A model generated the notes under the pieces. That model saw only the letters and a list, made by a program, of their open reading frames with translations. It had not been told where the DNA came from and searched no databases. The translations under genes and the position numbers were made by a program. This document shows, piece after piece, positions 41,754 through 52,760 of a DNA stretch of 64,000 bases. This DNA is from Octopus vulgaris (lineage: Eukaryota): NCBI GenBank assembly GCA_951406725.2, contig OX597815.1, forward strand, positions 128,960,001-129,024,000, given 5' to 3'. How positions within the stretch are numbered: the stretch's first letter is position 1; every line of letters starts with the position of its first letter.

Positions 41754-42152
41754 CTTTAATTTGTTCCAGTCATTTGACTGCGACCATGCTGGAGCACCGC
41801 CTTTCGTCGAGCAAATCGCCTCCAGGACTTATTATTTGTAAGCCTAGTACTTATTCTATCGGCCTTTTTTGCCGAACCGCTAAGTTACGGGGACAAACAC
41901 AGACACACAAGCATATACCTACATACATAACATACATACATACATACATACATACATACATACATACATACATACATACTTACATATACGGCAGGCTTCT
42001 TTTAGTTTCCATGTACCAAGTCCACTCACAAGGCTTTGGTCAGCCCGAGGCTACAGTAAAAGACACTTACCCAAGGTGCCACGCAGTTGGACTAAAACTG
42101 GAACCATGTGATTGGCAAGCAAGCTACTTACCACACAGCCACTCCGGCGCCT
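41754..42152 (-). mobile_element. SINE family A
   Basis: Similarity to the other copies. Confidence 0.85.
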
Positions 42153-42278
42153 ATATTCTATATCAATATAGAATATATATATGTATATATATACATATAT
42201 ATATATGTATATATATGTATATATATACATATATATATATATGTACGTATGTATGTATGTATATGTATATATATATAC

Positions 42279-42347
<69 letters not shown>

Positions 42348-42352
<5 letters not shown>

Positions 42353-43470
42353 GTAGTGAGTTCTTGTTGAATGAGTTGTATCCAGATATGGGTGGCTTAT
42401 TTGGTATTCCTTGAAGAAATTTGTTCCGTCTCCATTTAAAGATGATGGGATCCTTTTCCTATTTTGATCAGTTTTGGGACAATGTTAAACAGGGCAGGCA
42501 GGGTCTATTGAGGAAAAGAAATTGTGACGCAGTGTACTTATATGTTGTAATCCGGAATTGGGCAGGGGATGTATGGCCCGTGGTCCCAGCCTTGGATGAA
42601 CCTTGAAGCTAACGTTCAGGTCGTTTGAGCAATGCTAGCGGTATATTCATCGTACAAATGATGTACCGTTCGCGGCGGTGCTGCACAGAGTAGAGTTTTA
42701 AGGCTTTAAGGCGGTCCCAGTAATCGAGATCAGTCATGCCCTTAATTCGTTTAGTGAATGTTCTTTGGGGTGATTCAATTTTCGAGATTCTTTGTTTTGT
42801 ATGGGGAGACCACAGGGGGGAGCAGTATTCGAGATATGGCCGCACAAAGGAGAAAAGTGGAATGATGACACCTTGTTCTCTAGACCGTTCTTAAGATCCT
42901 CCGAGCTATATCGACCTTATTGTTGATATCGGCACTCCAACTGAGATTGTTATCAACAATTACTCCTAGGTCTCTGATATTATTAGATGCTGCGAGCGGT
43001 TACCCTGAAGGAAGAGATTATTGCTATTTTAGTATAGTCTTTCTTCCAAAATGCATTAGCTCAAATTCTCCTCGTTTAGTTGCATTTTGATTTTGTTTTG
43101 CCCATTGACTCACCACATATAGATCAGACTGGAGTTGAATTCGGTCTTCTTCTTCATTGATGATTTGTTGGAGCTTAGTGTCATCAGCAAATATTTTCAC
43201 TTTGCAGTGTTTTACAACGCTGGAAAGGACGTTTATGTAAATTATAAAGAGGAGCGAGCCCAAGACAGTCCCCTGAGGGACACCACTGGTGACTTTTGCT
43301 GGGCTTGAGTGGACTTCATCGACCACAACATGTTCTGTTCTATTCGCCAGGAAATATTCAATCCAGTGTAGATTTTTTCCACGGATTCCAACATTTGCCG
43401 ATTTTGAGAGTAAGATATTATGGTCAACCTTGTCGAACGCTTTACTGAAGTCAAGTTATATGACATCAAA

Positions 43471-43472
<2 letters not shown>
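42348..43472 (-). mobile_element. Related CR1-group LINE, older, 5'-truncated
   Basis: DFSKAFDKVDH, SGVPQGTVLGSLLF, FADD, RPYLEYCSPLWSP; (TA)n at both ends. Confidence 0.9.
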
Positions 43473-43562
<90 letters not shown>

Positions 43563-43779
43563 TGTGTGTGTACGAAGTTCTATTAGAGGTCGGCTAAGCC
43601 TCATTAAGGGATACAGTGAGTTACTGGTTCTTTACTAGGATTTGTTGTGAATATTAATTGCTATACTCATGAATAATAGGTAATTAGATAAACCAAGGTT
43701 TATATTTATTCAAGAAAAATAAGAAAATGGAGATACATCAATTAATACGTATATTTATTAACTGCAAAAATGAACATGA

Positions 43780-43870
43780 TCTCTAACAGATGTTTCGAGT
43801 CATACTTTAAAGATTATAGTTATAAAAACTGAATCATTTTATAAAGGAGAATCTCGTCAGAAGCAGAAGA
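43780..43870 (-). ncRNA. Hammerhead ribozyme-like motif with weak stem I
   Basis: Minus strand: CTGACGA-GATTC..CTTTA...TAAAG..GACTC-GAAA-CATCTG-TT-AGAGA, with AATAAA downstream. Confidence 0.55.
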
Positions 43871-43926
43871 AAAAGATATACCAGTATGTTATTACTTGTT
43901 AAGTATAATGGAACATTACAGCGAAC

Positions 43927-43929
<3 letters not shown>

Positions 43930-43959
<30 letters not shown>

Positions 43960-44290
43960 TGTATGTATGTATGTATGTATGTATGTATGTATGTATGTAT
44001 GTATGTATGTATGTATGCATGTATGTATATATGTATGTATGTATGTATGTATGCATGCATGTATGTATGTATGCATGTATGTATGTATGTATGTATGTAT
44101 GTATCTATGTATGTATGTATGCATGTTGTATGTATGTATGTATGTATGTGTGTATGTACGTTGTATGTATGTATGTATGTATGTATGTATATATGTATGT
44201 ATGTATATATGTATGTATGTTGTATGTATGTATATATGTATGTATATATGTATGTATGTATATATGTATTTATGCGTGTATGTAATCATG
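43930..44290. repeat. (ATGT)n microsatellite
   Basis: Direct reading. Confidence 0.95.
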
Positions 44291-44314
44291 TACATATGTA
44301 TGTGTGCATGTGTA

Positions 44315-46455
44315 CCGGACATTAACATGAAACACAAACACTTCATGTCCATAATGCAAGCCATATGTGACAAATATGTCCCAGTGTACAGGGCCAGCAC
44401 ACACAAAAACAAAAACAGGATCCCTAGAGAAAGGAGGATTCTTATGAGACGACGGACAAGGATTGCGAACCGCCTGAGCAAGCACACCAAAAGTGGTGAG
44501 AAGTCTCGGCTCGAGAGAATGCTAATGGAAATTGAGAAAAATCTGCATCAATACCATGAAAAGGAGAGAGCAGATAAAGAAGTTTGGGTAATAGAAAATA
44601 TAAAATCAAACCCTAAAGCTTTCTTTAAGTTTGCCAAAGAGACAGCCACAGTACACCAGAGAATAGGACCTCTCTTCCAAAAAGATGGCTCTCTCACAGG
44701 AAATACCACGAGGATAAGTGAAATACTGAACGAACAATTCCAAAGTGTGTTCACTACACCTCTGGGACACAGGTAAGTAAACAACCCAGAAGAATTCTTT
44801 GCCACTTTACCTGCGGCCAAAGAGGCAAAAATTGAGTACATCAACATTGAAGATGATGATATCACACTAGCCATAGATGAGATTGACACAAACTCAGCTG
44901 CTGGACCTGATGGATTTCCAGCGATCCTTCTCAAATCGTGCAAATGAGCCCTTGCAAAACCGCTACAGCTTCTTTTTCAGAGCTTTCTTGCAAGTGGTAA
45001 GCTCCTAGTCAAATTGAAAGAGGGGGTAATATGCCCTATCCATAAGGGAGGTAGCAGAGCAGATGCTAAAAATTATAGGCCTATCTCTCTGACCTCACAC
45101 ATCAACAAAGTCATGGAACGAATAGTCCGCAAGAAACTAATCATGTTCTTTGAAGAAAATGACTTGCTGTCTGATACCCAGCATGGATTTCGACCAGGTA
45201 AAAGCTGCCTAACACATCTCCTGCAACACTATGACTGGGTGTTAAAACAGCTACTAAATGGCTCAAATGTGAATGTAATATATCTCGACTTTGCAAAAGC
45301 CTTTGATAAAGTCGACCATGGTATGATCTGTCACAAACTGCGTGGTCTCGGCATAGGCGGAAAACTTGGAGAGTGGCTGCACAACTTCCTAAAAGACAGA
45401 AGACAGGCAGTTGTGAGCAATGGAGCCGCCTCCAAGGAAACACAAATAACAAGCGGTGTTCCACAGGGCACTGTCTTGGGGCCACTGCTGTTCATAGTGG
45501 TCCTTTCAGACATGCCTTCAGTTGCTACGATGGCCACCTTTGCTAGCTATGCAGATGACACAAAAGTCTCCCACACAATACAAAACCCTGAAAATATTGC
45601 GCATCTGCAACAGGAGTTGGATAAAATATACAGGTGGGCGGAGGACAACATGCAGTTTAATGCAGGTATGTTCCAGGCCCTGCGCTACCGGCACACAACG
45701 GTAAACGACGTGCAGACTGGATACACTGGCCCAGGAAGAATTGCAATCCCTGAGTCAAAATCAGTGCGTGACCTAGGCAATGACATGGGCAATGATGCAT
45801 CTTTCCAAGTGCATATTACTAATCTGGTGATAAAATGCAGACGGCTAGCTGGATGGATTCTCCGAACTTTCAGAACAAGAGAGGAGACACTGATGGTCCT
45901 CTGGAAAACATTCGTCCTCAGCCGCTTGGACTACTGCTCCCAACTATGGTCACCACACAATATAAAACTAACAGCAGAACTCGAAGCAATTCAGAGAAGC
46001 TACACAAAGATCGTCTCAATGCAAAATATCAGCTACTGGGAAAGACTGAAAGTGTTAAACCTCTTCTCCCTAGAGCGGAGGCGGGAGAGATATGCGGTGA
46101 TATACATCTGGAAAATCCTGGAGGGTCTTGTCCCAAACTTTGGCATTCAAAGTTACTCCAACCGCAGAACGGGCGCCGCTGCATGGTGCCAAGGATTCCA
46201 ACATCACCATCAAAATACAGGTCCAGATACTGCAACAGCTTGGGTTTCAGAGGACCACAGCTCTTTAACATCCTCCCTAAATGCCTGAGAGACTTACATG
46301 GTGTGGATGTGGGTTTCTTTAAAACTAAACTGGATCTCTTCTTGTCGGGAGTCCCAGATGAACCTACCTCACGACAGGAGACGCAGATGCGGGCAGCAGC
46401 ATCGAACTCCCTTGTTGATCAAGTGCCACGTATCAGAGGTGGATTCACATATTAG
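44315..46455 (+). pseudogene. LINE ORF2 reverse transcriptase (partial, disrupted)
   Basis: NYRPISLTS, QHGFRPGKSC, YLDFAKAFDKV, SGVPQGTVLGPLLF, YADD; stops at 44774 and 44945; 1-nt deletion near 46170 relative to the second copy. Confidence 0.9.
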
Positions 46456-46531
46456 TGTAGCTCATTCAGCGGTGATGCCCCTGCATGGCCGCGGCCTTCG
46501 GGCTAAAACATTTTTAAGGATTTAAGGATTT
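44315..46531 (+). mobile_element. CR1-group LINE, 5'-truncated, young
   Basis: ORF2 remnant with RT motifs; 3' tail (TTTAAGGA)n followed by (TA)n. Confidence 0.95.
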
Positions 46532-46686
46532 ATATATATATATATATATATATATACATAACTACATTTATATAGAGAGATATCGATGTATATAACTACA
46601 TATATATATGTATGTATATATGTATACATGTATATATGTGTGTAAGTATGTATGTATGTAAGTATGTATGTGTGTATATGTATACA

Positions 46687-46736
<50 letters not shown>

Positions 46737-46864
46737 CGTGTGCGTATGTATGTATATATATATACATATATATATATAAATAGTATATATACATATGCAT
46801 ATATATATATACATACATATACATACATACATACATATATATATTCATACATACATACATACAT

Positions 46865-46919
<55 letters not shown>

Positions 46920-47036
46920 TATATATATATATGATATATATATATGATATATATATATGATATGATATATATGTAAAAAATGTAATATATAAATAAATAT
47001 CTACAAATATGAACCATCTGATCTGATTACCTCATT

Positions 47037-47096
<60 letters not shown>

Positions 47097-47964
47097 CATA
47101 CATACATACATACATACATACATACATACATACATACATACATACATACATACATACATACATACATACATACATACATACATACATACATGACATGTAT
47201 CTAAAATGAATGTGTGTGTGTGCCTGTTGTATGAATTTATTATTGAATACGACAGCTTGTTTCTTCTGTGCCTGTCTTTCACGGCCAAGCTCTGTTGTTG
47301 TGTTACTCGTAACAAGGAACTGGACCATGTGTGCGAACCGATGTTGGTGGTAATGGGAGTGTTGCTAGCAGAGGTGATTGTGACAATGGTCGTGGGGTCG
47401 AGCAGCATGATAACTATAACGTAATCTTGTCAAATTTATATCACATACACACAAACACACACGTACAAACACACATAAATACACACATATACATATGTAT
47501 AATGATGATGATGATATGTATGTATGTACATACACCTTTATAGTTGTGTGTGTGTGTGTACAAAGCGCTATGCTACATTTGACAGTTTGCATAAAAAGAA
47601 AATAGTTTATCTTATCCAAATATAAAAGTATTTATAAAAGACTAAAAAAAATATCAAGTAGAATACGGTGGGGAGATAACAGTTTATTCAACGTAGCCGC
47701 CCTCAGCTTCAACAGCGGCCTCATGACGCCTTGGAACCTGCTGCATACGTCCCTTACAGTTAATTACAACAGTTGGTGTAATCGACTTATCCCTCACCCG
47801 AACTTGCAGTCCTTGTGACAAAATTTGAGACCAATATTCAAAAATCTTTTCTCGGCCACAATTTTAACCTTTATACTCTCCAATACCATTAACTGTTAAC
47901 CAATACATTAAGCTGTTCCTGAAAAAAGGAGGCTTTAAAAATCGTCAGATTTATCCCAAACACC

Positions 47965-48003
<39 letters not shown>

Positions 48004-48351
48004 CCGTAAATCCTCGAGTATAGTCCGCCCTTGAGTATAATACGCAGGGGATTTTTAGGGGGCTGTACCTCTGAAAAACCAAAAGAAATAACAGTAATAA
48101 CGTTTAATAAATGTTGCTTATTGCAAGTTATGGATGATTCTTTAATGACTTCATTGCTTTCAGGCTTAGCTTAAGGTATTTTCACGCCCGACATCACAAA
48201 ATGCGTCTGAATAAACATTGCCGAACAGCAAATAGAGACTCGGACATTGCTTAGAAAATAATTTTCATTTTTAACCTCGTATATAGCACGCACTAGGGAT
48301 TTTGACCTTTAAGTTTTGGGAAAAAAATACGGATTATACTCGAGGATTTAC

Positions 48352-48353
<2 letters not shown>
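48004..48353. mobile_element. Tc2/pogo-like MITE
   Basis: 24-bp TIR CCGTAAATCCTCGAGTATA(G/A)TCCG with one mismatch; TA TSD. Confidence 0.9.
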
Positions 48354-48388
<35 letters not shown>

Positions 48389-48392
<4 letters not shown>

Positions 48393-48893
48393 GTCAGCTA
48401 CTGGGAAAGACTGAAGGTATTAAACCTCTTCTCCCTGGAGCGGAGGCGGGAGAGATATGCAGTGATATACATCTGGAAAATCCTGGAGGGTCTTGTCCCA
48501 AACTTTGGCATTCAAAGTTACTCCAACCGCAGAACGGGGCGCCGCTGCGTGGTGCCAAGGATTCCAACATCACCATCAAAATACAGGTCCAGATACTGCA
48601 ACAGCTTGGGTTTCAGAGGACCACAGCTCTTTAACATCCTCCCTAAATGCCTGAGAGACTTACATGGTGTGGATGTGGGTTTCTTTAAAACTAAACTGGA
48701 TCTCTTCTTGTTGGGAGTCCCAGATGAACCTACCTCACGACAGGAGACACGGATGCGGGCAGCAGCATCGAACTCCCTTGTTGATCAAGTGCCACGTATC
48801 AGAGGTGGATTCACAAACTAGTGTAGCTCATTCAGCGGTGGTGCCCCAGCATGGCCGCGGCCTTCGGGCTAAAACATTTTTAAGGATTTAAGG

Positions 48894-48898
<5 letters not shown>
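48389..48898 (+). mobile_element. Second copy (3' ~500 bp) of the same CR1-group LINE
   Basis: Near-identical to 46023-46531, same tail, flanked by (TA)n. Confidence 0.95.
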
Positions 48899-48925
<27 letters not shown>

Positions 48926-48929
<4 letters not shown>

Positions 48930-49124
48930 GAAATGAAGAAAATGCTGACAAAATAATTTAAGTAAGGGAGAGTGTATTTAATTAGGTGAAAGTTCTTTTT
49001 ACCGGTTGCGCATTTGTTATACTTATCAAAAGATATTTTTAAAGAGAGATAGAGTTCCTTTCACCTAATTAAATACACTCTCCCTTACTTAAATTATTTT
49101 GTCAGCATTTTCTTCATTTCCTTT
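48926..49124. repeat. Perfect 67-bp inverted repeat between (TA)n tracts
   Basis: 48926-48992 vs 49058-49124. Confidence 0.95.
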
Positions 49125-49162
49125 TTTTATATATCACAACTCGTGTTCCACATCTCCTTTTT

Positions 49163-49206
<44 letters not shown>

Positions 49207-49208
<2 letters not shown>

Positions 49209-49505
49209 GAGTGGCTCTGTGGTAAGTAGCTTGCTTTACCAACCGCATGGTTCCGAGTTCAGTCCCACTGCGTAGCACCTTGGGCAAATGTTTTCTACTA
49301 TATCCTCGGGGGCCGACTATAGCCTTGTGTGTCGATTTGGTAGACGGTGTATATGTGTGTGTATGTGTTTGTGTACGTCCCCCACCATCGCTTGACAACC
49401 GATGTTGGTGTGTTTACGTCCCCGTAACTTAGCAGTTCGGCAAAACAGTCCGATAGAATAAGTACTAGACTTACAAAGAATAAGTCCTGGAGTCGAATTG
49501 TTCGA
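49207..49505 (+). mobile_element. SINE family A, 3'-truncated
   Basis: Similarity to the other copies. Confidence 0.85.
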
Positions 49506-50337
49506 TGGTGCAAATATACACCGCCGGAAGTTCTTGTTGACAAACAACAGCAGTAATTTTATTCAGCTGAATACACGTCATTGATTGGTTGAAATTACCG
49601 AAATACTACAACTTTAAAGTGAAATAACTTCGTAAATATAAGCTTTTCTCAAAAACGCTAAGAGTAAAAGATGTTTTATATGACACATTCTACCAGTGTT
49701 CGAAGTTTGAAAGTGTTTAGTTACAAAAAATTATTTTTTAAATCTGTAGGTCAAAAGGTAAAGATCCAAAATTTCTCCAAGTAAAACAGACAAATCACTT
49801 AAATCTGAATACATCTCAGTCAACAACAAACCTCCACTTAAATAGGCCAGGATACCGCAAAACTTGATTTTAGAATGACAAATTTTATCAGATAATGTTA
49901 TTAAGTTAGACATGGCCTGGGCAAGTTTTGGCCAAAACGTATCTAACTTTATCTAAGTTTATCTAAGTTTGTAAGTGCACACACAGACACACGCAGGAGA
50001 GGTGACAAGATAAGACGATTACTTAACACCGTTTGTTTATATTGTACTCCACGTATTAATAGTTAAACTCATAAAGCCTACGTGTGTTTATCTGCCTTTT
50101 ACTGACGTGTGTGTGTGTATGTGTGTGTGTGTTGTGTGTATGTTGTTATATCTGGGGACGGTCACTTTGACAATAAACACCTCTCCTATTTAGATGATCT
50201 TCACTTTAGCTTTATTACTAACGTTATTAGTTTATCTGTCAGAGTTGTTTCGTCATACATTCGGTGATCTTTTCAATGACTATCTTTTCTTTTCAAATAT
50301 AATAATAATGATGATGAAGATGATGATGATGATGATT

Positions 50338-50386
<49 letters not shown>

Positions 50387-50484
50387 CGATGATAATAATA
50401 ATAACAATAAGGTTACTAGTTCTAGCCCAATGTTAAGATGTTTTTCTTTTCCAACAGTTTAATCTGTCGTGTGTATACGAAAAT

Positions 50485-50565
<81 letters not shown>

Positions 50566-50599
50566 CCATACATATATACATACATACATACATACACAC

Positions 50600-51100
50600 A
50601 TACACCGGAAAAGGTAATGGACGAAAAGGAGAGGGTAAAAAGCCTCTGGGACTTTGACTTCCAAACAGACAAAATGTCAGAGCACCGACGGCCGGATATA
50701 GTAACCTTTAGGAGGGACAAACAAGAGTGTCTAATAATCGACTTGGCCGTCTCAGGAGATCAACATATTATCACGAAAGAAAGAGAAAAGATTGATAAAT
50801 ATGGAGACCTGAGAATGGAAATCGTTAAGATGTGGCAGCTACGAGAGTCCCTGTTGTCATCAGAGCACTGGGCTCAATACCTCCAAGCCTGTAAAAACAC
50901 CTGGAAACTTTAGAATCTAGGTGTATTGCAAAAATCGGCATTACTTGGAACTGCATGCATATTACATAAAATATTGTCTGTTTGAGGTTCTTCTTGTGAC
51001 TTGACAGACAGTACAAACCCCCGATAGACACAATATCTTCAATCAACAACCTCACGATATTGGATATTGAGCGACGTTTTTAATAATAATAATAATAATA
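50600..51100 (+). mobile_element. R4/Dong-like non-LTR 3' fragment
   Basis: LWDFDFQTD..HRRPDIV..CLIIDLAV..KIDKY endonuclease motif; (TAA)n tail. Confidence 0.8.
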
Positions 51101-51101
51101 A

Positions 51102-51290
51102 GCCTTTCTACTAAAAGCACAAGTTCTGAAATCTAGAAGGAGAGGACTAGGCGAATACATCTCTCCTAGTGTTTCACTGGTACTTAATTTATCGACACTG
51201 AAATAATGAAAGGCAGAGTCGACCTCGGCAGAGTTTGAATTCAGTAAAGTCAGAAGAAATGCCAGTATGCATTTTGTCTTATTTCTTTAG
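51102..51290 (-). mobile_element. SINE family B, diverged
   Basis: Similarity to the other copies. Confidence 0.75.
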
Positions 51291-51345
51291 TAGAAAAAAC
51301 ACAGAAAATGGATATATATAAACCCGCGCGCGCGTGTATGTGTGT

Positions 51346-51395
<50 letters not shown>

Positions 51396-51484
51396 GTTTA
51401 AATATTTGTTGTGCAAGATTTATTGGCTAAACTGGCAATATGACCATTCCTAAATATAACAATATATATATATATATATATATA

Positions 51485-52760
51485 TATTCTATCTACGGGC
51501 GTTTTTGTGTTGAGAGAAGTGGTGGTGGAGGGGGCAAACCAAATGGTATTTCTGAGGCGCTTCCTTCTGTGGTTATTGGGTTCCAGCATGTAGGAGATGT
51601 TGTCCTTAAATCCGCTGACGTAGTACGGGGCTGCTGCGTCGAAAATTTCTTGGTTAGAGGAAAGGTCCGAGATGGAAAGGTTCGGGACGAATCGTTGCAA
51701 GTTATGCATAGCAGAACGCGCGAATATCTTAAAGGACTCACTCTTAAAGGACACTCAACACAAAAACGCCCGTAGATAGAATAAATTAATAGATAAGTAT
51801 TTCACTAGTTTCCATAGGTACGGGCCCATTTTCAACAGTCACAACGTTAAATTCTCGTTTAGCTGTGCCCCTAATATTAAGAGCATCCTAGTTAGCGCCC
51901 CTAGGCCATAAGAAGAGGCAACAGATGCCCGGTGGAAGGCCACTGCGAAATCAAAGGAGTCGTCTATAAAGCCGAAGTACCAGCAAACACCGGCGAAACC
52001 ACCGGTAGAAACAGTAGCATCCGTAGATACAAAAACGGAACCAACAACACCGCCACCATCGCTACAGTTAACAACAATAACATTAGCAACAATAACATCA
52101 CCAGCGGCAGCATTGGCAGTTCCCCAGACGTCAGCAGTAACAACAACAGCAGCATCGCTATCAGCAGCAGCATTACCAACAGTTTCCCTAACGTCCATCG
52201 TAGCAGACTTGACAATCCCTATAGTAGCAGTAACAGGACCAATGTTACCGCCAGCAATAACGGTAATAATGGCAGCAATGGCAACAGCGGCAGTAGTGAC
52301 AGTAGCCCTAGCAGAAATACCAGCGGAACCACAACCAATGATACCTCTAGCAGCAATGGCAACTCTCCCACCAATGACGAAGACTGCAATAACAACAACA
52401 GCGCCTCTACCATAACCGGCAGTGACGATACCATTACCGACGCCAACACCAGCAGTCTCAGCCCCCAAGAACAATGATATCGGCGGCAGCAACAACATCA
52501 ACTCCAGTAGATACAGCACCGACAACATACACCCACGGAGATACATCGAATATTCCGGGAACACTTTCAAGCAACGTCTCTCCAACCACAGGTTCTCCTT
52601 CAGAGTTCAGGAAAGGAGATACGTAACATCACTTGCCAACCACATCTGGCAACTAAGAGAAGGTGGGATTCCATACTCGATCTTATGGAAAATCCTCGAG
52701 AACCCAGGTACCTACATCAACGGGACGAAGCGTTGCAAGATATGCATAGCTGAACATCCT
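51485..52760 (+). mobile_element. Penelope-like element fragment (Naiad-type) with inverted 5' part and GIY-YIG domain
   Basis: Minus part 51485-51753: ISDLSSNQEIFDAAAPYY..RNTIWFAP. Plus part: IDKYF..IFNSHNVKFSFSCAPNIKSI, CPVEGHC..GVVYKAEV, YIEYSGNTFKQRLSNH..SLANHIWQL..WKIL..KRCKIC. Confidence 0.85.

Noticed and set aside
43886-44776. 296-aa ORF as an independent gene
   Set aside because: (ATGT)n translation fused to the 5'-truncated LINE ORF2.
47235-47300. Minus-strand GAAA-CAAGCTG-TC..AATAAA partial hammerhead
   Set aside because: No CUGANGA core or stem II found upstream.
51839-52585. 248-aa Ala/Val-rich minus-strand ORF
   Set aside because: Antisense of the low-complexity insert in the Penelope element.
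51880-52760. Selenocysteine UGA codons, reported for some Naiad elements
   Set aside because: Visible conserved Cys codons are TGC, the CxC linker is deleted, and no 3' UTR remains for a SECIS.
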